From Klebsormidium nitens (lineage: Eukaryota > Plantae > Klebsormidiophyceae), in contig DF237669.1 in assembly GCA_000708835.1 (NCBI GenBank), positions 1 to 40,749 on the forward strand: a DNA stretch of 40,749 bases. Direction: 5' to 3'. Shown here piece after piece: positions 1 to 9,800 of this stretch (the first letter of the stretch is position 1; each line of letters opens with the position of its first letter). Under the pieces are notes generated by a model. The model did no database searches. It saw nothing but the letters and a program-made list of their open reading frames with translations, and had not been told where the DNA came from. The position numbers and the translations under genes were made by a program.

Positions 1-1060
1 ACATCCCATCTCAAGCTCTGATCTACAGAACTTCCTTCAACATACGAGCCGTAGCTCTCCTGGCCTTGATGGTGTTCAATATAACGTCCTCCGCTTTCTG
101 TGCTACCGTCGACAAGAATCTTCTCGACCTAGACATTCAATCCATACTCCTTCGCTTTCTCAACAGTCTACTCAGCCGCAAAAAACTGCCTCAGGAAATG
201 AAAGCCGCCCTTCTCATATTCATTCACAAATCCGGCGACCCCCTGGAATATCGCAACTACCGTGGTATTAGCCTTCTCAGTTGCTTCTTCAAAATTCTCA
301 CCGGCATTCTCAACGGACGTCTCCAACAAGCACTTGCTGACACGGCTGGTCTTAATTGTAATCAAGGTGCTAATCGCAAAGGTGTTCATGCTGCACACAA
401 AGCCGCTGTTTTATTCAACCTTATCTCGCACGCACGCCAATATGACGAACCCATCCACGTGGTTTACACTGATATCAAGGGGGCCTTTCCCAGCGTCCCC
501 TACCGAGCATTTGCGGACGCCCTTGAGTGCATCGGTTTGGATGGTCCTTTCCTCGACTTCATACTTGAAACTCAGAACGACTTTACCATTACGGCACGAG
601 GCCCAACTGGTCGTTCTGCACCTTACGCTAAAACAATGGGAGTTCACGAAGGCGACTGCCTTAGCCCCACCATGTTCACACTTGTTCTCAATATGTTTTT
701 CATCTGGCTTCGCAGTGAAAACCTTGGATATCTTACCGTCAACCATCATTGGTCGCCCTTACGACAACAGTCACGAATTCCTGCCAATGGTGATGCCGAC
801 GATTTAGCCCCTATTGCACCTCACCATGCACAGGTGGCCCGTCATGATTCTGGGAATGCTCGAAACCTTCCTCCTCTACTACCATATGGCGCTTGCACCT
901 CTCAAGTGTGGTTATTAGTACCATGATCCAAATCCTTTGTATCGACCGGCCCCCTTGTTCACCTGCTGGGGCCAAATACCCCTTCTATCCCGCACAACAC
1001 CCTACAAATACCTTGGCTTCCACGTGAACATGGCACTTTCGTTTACCTACCAGTACCATG
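1..1060 (+). pseudogene. LINE-type reverse transcriptase domain, frameshifted
   Basis: Motif order from SPGxDG to YKYLG is intact. Frameshifts near 100 and 841; TAG at 916-918. The catalytic YADD motif reads DADD. Confidence 0.88.
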
Positions 1061-2078
1061 ATCAATGTTGTTGATCGTCTTCATCGCGCTAGCCAACAAT
1101 TGCTTGCTCGACAACGTCACAATATATCTCTTTCGGAAGCCGTTCTTTACACAAATTCCGATGTTGCTTCTGTCCTGCGCTATCGTATGTACCTAATCAC
1201 TTTTCCCCAGAAGTATTTGAAGAAATTCATCTACCATCTTAGCACATACAGTCAAGACGTTGGCCAAACTCGCATCGTCTACACCAACAGATCTTCTCAT
1301 TAGTCAGGGTCTCCTCAATGTAACAAATCTGCAACGTACTGTGCGCACAGATTTTCTGCTTTCCCTTTTTGACTCCGTGGACGAACCGTGTCGCACAACC
1401 ACGACCATCGCCTACTCGCATCTTCGGTACAGTTCTCCATTCTCCGGCGTTTGCCCTTTCAGCAGTCGTGGCTTAACTATTTCTCGCAAAGACTCACGCT
1501 TACCAATGCTGTTTCGCACCATTCGCCCTACTTTACAGCACCTAACCGCCAGCTTGGACTTACAGGTTGCGTCCCTACCCCCTGCTACTGAGCGCTCCCT
1601 CTCCAGGATCATTCCTTCCATTCTTGATGATCATGGTCCGCTTCTTATTTCGTCCGGTTTCTCACCCCGCACACTCCGTACTCTTCTTCCTAAACTTCTT
1701 TCCGCAACCCAAGTATCTTCTCTCGAAGACATTTGTCCACTTTTTGGTGTTCCATTACTCCACTTTGCACCCAACCATCCTTCCGGCCCGATCGAACCCT
1801 GGGAGTCAGAAAAGGGGCGCAAAATTGTTCCAACTTCGATTGTCATCAACCAGTTTAGCAACCGGAACTCTTCCGCTTGGAAGAACTTTCTACGCCCAGG
1901 ACTTTGCACTCAATTGCGTCTGACAAAACCCCAAGCCCGCTTACTTGCAACGTTGATTAATATCTTTCTTGAGGACGTTCTTCTCCGGGCCCATACACAA
2001 CATCCTGCGCCAGATTGCTCTGAGACTCCACTCTTTTGGGGCCGTGTACGCAAACATTCCCTCCGCCACCCAGTTGCG

Positions 2079-2140
2079 TATACTGACGGGAGCGCTCTCC
2101 AGACCAGCTAACGAGCTGGATTCAGTATTGTCTTTTCGGA
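2079..2140 (+). pseudogene. N-terminal strands of an RNase H domain
   Basis: VAYTDGSALQTS*RAGFSIVFSD in frame 3, read across the TAA at 2109-2111. The later catalytic E/D residues were not found. Confidence 0.6.
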
Positions 2141-2659
2141 TCAATCATCAACAAGCATTGCGTGTACCTTCCGCTCAAGGCAAGCCCTCAAACTCGGAAA
2201 GAAGCTTCACCTCTCTCTCTTGCCTGGTTTCCACACTCTCTGGTTGGCTCGCTGCGATCATCGTCGCTCCAGCCATTTACTCTTTCGCGATCGGCGCATG
2301 CGTTTATTTTCAAATCCCAAGCTTCTCGATCAAATGACCGACGATGACTATGTACAATACGCGGAGGCCGTTGCTATTCGCCGCTCTTCGCTCTCTTCCT
2401 CCCCAGCTGCTGGATTTGCTCCGTGCACAGTACCCCTACCTCGTGTCATTCGGCCTCAGTCGTCTGTGCCCATTTATACCAACCTCTTGCCTTCTCCAAC
2501 ACATCTCAGGCCGCTTTCGAGCCATCAACAATCACCCACCGTTTGCACCCCGGCTGGGCGCCTACCTGAGCCGCACCCATCACCACCTCAGCCGCCCCCG
2601 GCTCCGTCTCCCGTTGTCCGGACGTTTCGATCCGCTGCTGCGGATTTTCCGGCTACTTT

Positions 2660-3105
2660 TACAATTCAACCTGTCCCAGGTGATGGCAGTTGTTTATTCC
2701 ATGCGCTTTCAGTTGCACTTGATCTACCTGCTGGTGATCATGTCGCACTTCGAGTTCAAGCTGCCGCCTATGTTGCTTCACAGTGGCCACTGTATGAAAA
2801 TCAAGCTCAGTACATTCATCGACTCCCGGATGCTCCTACTGCCACGGCCGCCCTCAATGCCCTTACTTCCGCTGTTCACCGCTTTTCATCAGCGGCCGCC
2901 TATTATGACTGAATGACCTCCCGTCATCCGCTCCCTTGGGGTTCTGACCTTGAAGCCCATGCTATTGCCGTTATTCACAATCGTCCCTTGCTTATCTGGT
3001 CCGCCCACACACATCTACATGGGTATCGTATGCATTTCTCCCCGCAAACGATACAATATGTTGCTTCACACCTTTTGCACTCCGGCAACCACTATGATGC
3101 CCTTC
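2660..3105 (+). pseudogene. OTU-like cysteine protease domain in the LINE ORF
   Basis: FTIQPVPGDGSCLFHAL (Cys 2691-2693), YYD*M...PWGSDLEAHAIA (Trp 2937), LLHSGNHYDAL (His 3090-3092). ORFs 2220-2912 and 2913-3419 share one frame and are separated by a single TGA. Confidence 0.85.
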
Positions 3106-4564
3106 TACTGGATCCGATCGAAAACGTACGTACCTGTTCTTTGCTTATGAGCTCTCTTCTGCACCCTTCAGCTTCTGTCTCAGCAAGTCAACCCCGCCCT
3201 ATCAGACCAAAACGTGCCCGCAGGCCCCCTCCTTATCTTCACCAAGACTACGTTCCATCGGAGCGGCCCCCTCCCAAACCCCCACCTCGTCCACCTGACC
3301 CTCCCGATTCCCTTATCACCATCCCCCCAGCTTTTGTTACTCGGCCCACGTTTTCTTCCCTGCTTGAGGCAGCATGGCTTATTCGCCGTCCTCGCTCGAA
3401 ACGCCGTCGCCTCTCCTAAGTTTCCTTCGCGGTCACGCGTATAGCAGTCCCGATGCTCCAGCTGATGAGCTCGGTATGCTCAGGTTATACACTCAAAAAA
3501 AAACAAAAAAACACTCTCCCCTCTGTGTCCCCCTCTTTCAGTGGAAAGATGCCTCTCAGTGAGTCTAGCCTCCCGTCTCACGTGACTCTGAGCGCGGTGG
3601 GCCCATTCTTACTATACAGTAATTTAATTGTAACTTATGTATCCGGGATCATGGCTACGCCGTGCCCCGCCCGGCGCCTCGGACCGCCAGCTAAGTTTTG
3701 CCATGCATGCCTGTTGTGAACTTGTGTGTATACAAGTGAGTGCGTATACTGTGACCCGGTAGTCATCATTCACGTTGGTCGTTTATATAACTTCCATCAT
3801 TGCAAGTTATATAGCCTTAACCTATATACAATAAGCGCCGCCGGCCCGAACTAGCTATCATTAGCTTTCGATCCCAGCGCGGTTGTGCTCAAGCATTCAA
3901 CACTTACGAGAATACAATGAAGTGCGCAGCCGCCTGGCAAATAGGCCGCCAGCCGCCATGCACGACTCTAGCTTACCGTCATTGATGGCCGCGGCCCGCG
4001 GCCTAACCATGCATGCACGTGTTCCAATCATGCAAGCTGAGTTGCGGGCCTCTAAGAGCATGGCAAACGTCTAGTCCGGCCACGTCTAGTCGGCCGCTGT
4101 CAGCCACTGCGCCGCTGCCACCGGGCAGCCATGGCCGCCGCAGTCACGTGGGCCATGCATATAGACCTACAATTAAAAGCTCAAGTATATACCATGGCAT
4201 GCTTCAAGAAACATACTTGAGCATCGATCAGGGCCCCTTCAGTGCATCGTTACCAAAGCCGTTGTTGTCCTAGGCAAGTGTACAAAGAATTGGAGCGCCA
4301 ATTGATTGTTGAACTTCGGAACCGTTTGTACTACTAGATACCAGGTTCATTGCATGCATAATACCGGATGCGCATGCCATGGCATAAGTAGTGACGGTTT
4401 GAACCTGGCTTGAGATCGAACTTGGAACACTTTGCAGGGAGTCTCAGGTGACAATCGCAGCTCATGAAATTATTGACTTAATGCTCCGCAAATCTTAGGC
4501 AGAACCGGATAACAGTATTGTGCCCTCGTTCCTCCAAGGTTCAACTTTCCGATCACCGTCAAAG

Positions 4565-5479
4565 TCAACTACCCGTATGCTCTATGGTGCCATCCATTTC
4601 CGACGTTGCCCGATTTGCCGAAGCCTCATGCGAGTCAACGGGTTGTGAGACTTCCTCCTGGACGAGACCTTCTTTACTACTTCTATCCACATTCACAACT
4701 GCCATCTCTACAGTACTCCTTACCCGCAGGACGTCTTTTATTGCGGGCGGTGTCATCGGCTCTATCGACGGCTCCGGCAACGCCGCGAATACATCAGCGG
4801 CGGGGAGCGCGACGACGTCCACGGGGGATTCCTCGTCCATGCTGACGACAGCATTGCCATGTGGGCCGGTGGGACGCGCTTCGAAGTCGCTCGGTTCGCG
4901 GGCGTTGCTCGGTAACGAGCCCGTCTCAGCTAGCGCCCGGCTGACGTCATCTCCGAGGACCGCACGATGGGCCACGTGGAAACCCCCCTCGCGCACCGCC
5001 TCGATCGCTTCCGCTTGGCCCGGGAACACCTCCCCCTGTCCTAAACTCTCCTCGAAGCTCCGTTTCCTCGCCCCCTCGGTCGTCCCCATCTCGAGCAACG
5101 GACCACTCGCGCCGTGAAACGCCGGTCGCCTTTCGCCCCCCGCGCCGTCAAAGTACTTTGCAAGGTGCCCGGGGGGATCCCCCGGCCCCTCCCGGTGCGT
5201 ACCGTCCGCCTCGAGGAAGCTCGGCACCGCTTTTCCGCCGGTTTCCGCTTCCGCCCCTCGGTGATTTCCCCCGTGCGGATGCAATTGGTGGTTTTGGTGC
5301 AGATTCAGCTCGTGTTCTTCGATTTGGTCGGGGTTCGCTTCTGGGTGCGGTTGATGGCCAAAGGAAAGGCGGGGCTGCATGGGTTGGGGGTTGGGTCTCC
5401 TCGGAGGGGGGGGCTGGTGAGGGGGCAGCGGGAGGGGGGGGTACGCGTCCGAAGAAAGGGGGATCGTCTGGGTAACCAT
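4565..5479 (-). CDS. Unknown Pro/Gln/His-rich low-complexity protein (304 aa if unspliced)
   Basis: Long GC-rich ORF. The likely ATG is 5479, 6 nt after the acceptor CTCTCTGCAG (AG ends 5486). A 5'UTR donor AAAAG|GTGAGT lies at 6232/6231. A possible internal donor CGG|GTAAGG at 4724/4723 leaves the 3' end uncertain. Confidence 0.55.
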   Translation of the reverse strand: MVTQTIPLSSDAYPPLPLPPHQPPPPRRPNPQPMQPRLSFGHQPHPEANPDQIEEHELNLHQNHQLHPHGGNHRGAEAETGGKAVPSFLEADGTHREGPGDPPGHLAKYFDGAGGERRPAFHGASGPLLEMGTTEGARKRSFEESLGQGEVFPGQAEAIEAVREGGFHVAHRAVLGDDVSRALAETGSLPSNAREPSDFEARPTGPHGNAVVSMDEESPVDVVALPAADVFAALPEPSIEPMTPPAIKDVLRVRSTVEMAVVNVDRSSKEGLVQEEVSQPVDSHEASANRATSEMDGTIEHTGS

Positions 5480-6299
5480 CAGCAGCTGCAGAGAGCGAGG
5501 GAGCGGAAGTCCTGCTTGCAATGGACACGCAGTCTTGCAGTCAAGATCACTTTCTGGGGTTGCATGTGACTTATTGGTCGAACTACCTAACAGACCGGGC
5601 ATTGCAACGGAGGAACGTTACATCATGTGGGTGACTATTGCAGCTGCGGAGAGCGAGAGAAGCATCGTAAACCCTGCTTGGAGCGGGAATGAAATTTCGC
5701 AGTAGGGATTATGCTTAAGGTTTGCGGGTTCATTGTTGACTCCGCAAATCGTTGTACGAGTCCAGAAAAGCACAACCACAGCAAGATGATTGAGGTTGCT
5801 GTTTTTCAGATTATGGCCCGGTCCGAAAAAGTGGTTCCTTCGGGTTCGGATGGTAGGTGCGGACTTATGTTAAAGTGGACACCAAGCTGTCTTCTGAGCA
5901 GTCGAGGATCAAAGTCAGTAATTGAGCTCGCTTTCTTTGGCACAGTTCGATTTGGTGTCGACAGCCAAAGGTTGATGCCCGCCCCGTTTGAAGACCACAC
6001 GTTCAGCTTGTATCGCGTCGAGCAGAACTTTTTAGGTCGTAAGTCGGCCTCTTTTCGCAGCTTCAAGGGCAGATATGCGCCAGAAGAGGTGTCGAATTTC
6101 GAAACCGTTACTTGAGAAAGCGGCTGTCTCGAACATCAATTGACATGGCTCAAAACGTCAGCGAAATATAGTAAAACAAACTCCTACAGACAGATTAGTC
6201 AAACACAAAAAGAGCAGCGAAAGCGACTCACCTTTTCAAGTGCCAAAGCGAGTTTGTCAATTGACGTGTACGTCTCATGCGGCCACAACAGGACTTCGC

Positions 6300-6830
6300 A
6301 CAGCCGTTGGATGGTGAACGGAGGGCCCGTGATCGCGTCCAGCACTGCAAGAGATGTCTCAACCGTCAGATATGCAGAAACAGACGAATGTCAGCCGTTG
6401 GATAGTTATCAAAGGGCTCGTGATCCATCCAGCAATGCGCCGGAACTCCCAGCCGTTACCTTTGCAAAGTTGACAAGCCTTAGCCGTTGGAGGATGAATG
6501 AAGGGCCCCGTTCGCTTCAGCACTGCCATGAGATTTCAGCCCTTAGGTACGCCAAAATGGACGAACGCCAGCCGTCAGATTGTAAACGGGGGCTCCGTCA
6601 TCGCCTCCAGCACTGGCATCAAAACCGCAGCCGTTAAGTGTGTGAATGGGGACAGATGTCAGCCGTAGCTTTAGGGCCGTAATCACGCTCAGCACTGAAC
6701 ACGCATCTCAGCCGTTGAACTTGCAGGTTTGTACGATCAGCACGAACAAGCATCTCAACCGTTGAACTTGCAGATTTGTACGATAGTCAGCCGCTGATAT
6801 TGAAATGGCAGGCCCGTGATCGCATTTGTG
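6300..6830. repeat. Degenerate ~90-bp tandem array rich in CAGCCGTT (MSA-like AACGG cores)
   Basis: CCGTT at 6304, 6395, 6453, 6484, 6508, 6632, 6712 and 6759, plus variants. GGGCYCG..CAGCACTG recurs about every 90 bp. A 34-bp near-perfect duplicate lies at 6704-6737 and 6751-6784. Confidence 0.8.
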
Positions 6831-6849
6831 TACCGGAGGGGGGAATGAA

Positions 6850-9800
6850 GAGCGCGGAATGAACTCAGATGGGGACGTATGGACGAAGCATATCCAGAAA
6901 CCGGAGGATCTTGTGGAGGATGTGATCGATACGATAGCGGCTTCCATTCTGCATATTTATGGCTCTTTGCCAGAACGAATAGATTCATCGCCTTCCAAGA
7001 TCGTGACATTAGGAAGAGCAACTCAGTGTGCAAAATCCAAGATGCTTTTGAAAGGAGCTTTTTGTACATCTTGCAGACGTTATGACGAAACCAAGAAAGA
7101 GCGGCGTTTGAATTGAGGTGCAAGTCATCAAAATAAGTCGGGTTCAGAATGCTAACGTAAAAATAACCGAGAATGAGGTTCTGAGCATAAACGATGAACT
7201 GCGCTCTGATCATGACAGTAGGAATGAGCTCCCCGGAAACAAAGAGAACTGGAATCTGTTTGCGTCATACGGGTTTGCTATCCGTTTGCGTTCCCGTTTG
7301 GTCTAAATGGGGGTCGTTTGCACTCCTTTAAAATCGATATTTGATCTCACTGAGATCGAAGGCAGCAACAGTCATCTACAAGCAGCGGCACGAACAAATA
7401 GAAGCGAGCGGAAAGCACCTCAGGATTTGTCTCGTTCCACCAAGCAGCTGGCCAATTGAAGTCGCATACAGGCCACAACATTGTCGACCTTGGTTGAGTT
7501 TCTCATCGACACAAGCACTGGAAGAATGACCCAAGGACGTCACTCAACGAAGTCTAAACGATGTACAGATTCTTCGCCCATATGTTTGGTCACAGCGCCA
7601 CCAAACACGGTGCGCTCGCGAAACTAGCAGCTTCGGCATCAGAACGGGAGCAGCGTGTATGGCTTCTTGGGCCAGCTCTCGTTTTGCATCTTTGCCAGCG
7701 TTCATTGTTGTAGTCAGCCAACCATAGTCAATCTGCCAAATGACGTTTCTGAGGAATAGTCAAAACCCCATGGGGGCGCCAAAGTAGCCTACCTTGCTAG
7801 GCATAAAGCTACTGAACAATCCTAACCTAGGTGCTACGGTTGCAATAGAAAACTCAAACTCCAAGCGAAGTCATGATCTGTTGCAATCTCGAACCCGCCT
7901 CGATAGGACTCTACCCCGTTCAGCGCTTGATCTGCTGAGAAGCAGTAGAGAAAGAACGAAGTAGCGCTTGCAAGCTTGACTCAAGCGGTAGCTCAGTCAG
8001 GTATCAAGTGCGGACTTCAACCCATCAACAAGTACAGACGTACATGCAACCGTATACCACTCAACTTCCAAGCAATGATCGGAGAAACTGCAGCACATAT
8101 GATTGTCTTGCAGACGCTGGATCGGGGCTTGCTGCTCTTCTATCAACTGTCGTAACATCACTTCAGATCAGCCAGATCCTCAAAACTTTGCTCGCCTTGA
8201 GGAGCTTCCGCTCAAGGACGCCCCCAAACAACGGCGGAATGAATGCGATTGACGCGCCTCCGCAACTCACAAGGAAATTCGTGGCTCAAAGACTTCGGAA
8301 TGAAAGTGCCTCAGCAACGGCGCCGAAGCACTCTAAGTCATGGCCCCCACGAGTCGATCAGCCAAAAAACTCCAAGCTCAACACCCCTCCAAGAGCGCTT
8401 TCCAACCCAAGCTTCAGCACAGCTATCGACAGCACAAGAGTGCTGAATATAATTCCCGGTGCTGTGCTGGTGTGGTGAAAATGATGCCAAAACTTCCAGT
8501 ACAAAATGGTGCTTTGGCCATCAGCCAAAACAGGGTACGAAGTTTGAGAATGCAAAGTAACTTGTGAGTGTTTCAGCTGTGCTCAGGCACGGCTCTGAGC
8601 GCCCAATGATTGGGCTTCTTCCTCTGACATGGAAGAGACAACGAGGCCCGTTTAGGGATTGCAGCAGCGCCGTCAGCATTGAGAGTCAACCGGCTTAAGT
8701 ACGAGCAAAATCGGACTCCTTGCACTCCCAATCAGTGCAATGATTGCTAAGGGATGCCCGTTTCCCGTTGGAGTAATATCGCAGTAAGATCAGTCATGAG
8801 AACTCAGAAAGACGCACTCGGCCTCGAGCGAGGGCGACCAGAAAAGCACTTCAGAAGGGCCACAAGAACCAAGAAATGAAGTTCGCAAGGGGCTTCGAAT
8901 TTGAAAGAACCGGTTGTTATCTCAGACCGGCTTCAGAAACCATCTTCCTGTCGCCTAATTTCTATGGGTCGATCAAGCGTAACATGCGCTTCATGGCCTT
9001 CCAAACAAGACAACCAGTATAAACAACTAGCACAGGAAAAACCTTCGTTTTAAGGCAGAGATGTCGCACCTATGGTGGGGTAACAAGCGCGAAATCAGTA
9101 AGCCCTCCAGTTGGGATGCATTTCAGCTGGCGATATAACTGAGACATGACAGCTCGGTCGAGTGACGTGCAACAAAATCTTATTGACGGGCTCAGAAAGA
9201 CAATCAAGATGCACAAAGGTTCGGTTGATGCGACAACCACCTCAAGTTCGGTGCACTTTTAAGCCCTTCTCATGAGAAGCTAGCAGGAAACGTGATAGTG
9301 AGGTCAACTCCAGCGGCGATCGTAAGAGATGATCGTCAAAGGCCAGCAAAACATACATACACCAGGACCGAACATCCTCCTTCCAAAAATCGTTTCTGAA
9401 TGGCTTCAAGATGAGGCAGAACGGACGCCAACAACTGTGTGCCCGTGGCTGTGCCACAGCCAAAAATGAGGGCTTAGGGGTGGTATGTTTCAAACTTTTG
9501 AGTACATTTTTGCATTAAAATCCTCATACAGGCGGGAGCTTGCCTTGGAGTCAGCCAGATATGTCGGCAGCCAGAGAAGCAGCAAGTACGCCGCATTTTG
9601 CGCTTTCCATGGTGTGCTTGCACCAAGCAACCATGCAGACTCTCTTGCGCGGGAAGAGAAGGAACCGTCGAGATGGCAGCACTTCAAGAACGAAAACCAC
9701 TTGAAAGATCACGGCGTCAGCATCTAGGTCTTTGGTCAGACCATCGGAATGCGTATGCCACATCATTCCCCCTTGAAGATCTCAAGCAGCTGTTGGTTTC

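Larger units (their letters stand above)
1..3511 (+). mobile_element. Degenerate non-LTR retrotransposon (LINE), 5' part outside the window: RT, RNase H N-terminal part, OTU protease, poly(A) tail
   Basis: RT motifs across frameshifts: SSPGLDG (53-73, frame 2), NYRGISLLSCFFKIL, DIKGAFPSV, GVHEGDCLSP and GDADDL (ORF 66-926), PYKYLG (~1000-1017, frame 1). YTDGS..*RAGFSIVF at 2079-2135. ORF ends at 3419. A9-C-A7 tail at 3495-3511. Several frameshifts and in-frame stops. Confidence 0.9.

Noticed and set aside
3455-3550. CTGATGAG near the LINE 3' end suggesting a hammerhead ribozyme
   Set aside because: No GAAA closes a stem II in either circular order, and the flanks do not pair.
4518-5569. Overlapping ORFs 4518-5117, 5114-5569, 5148-5528 and 5158-5475
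   Set aside because: Stop-poor alternative frames of a GC-rich exon, with no independent splice or domain support.
6300-6830. CRISPR-like repeat/spacer appearance of this array and of the 29829-30617 ladder
   Set aside because: Repeats are degenerate, the 'spacers' are homologous to each other, there are no cas genes and the context is eukaryotic.
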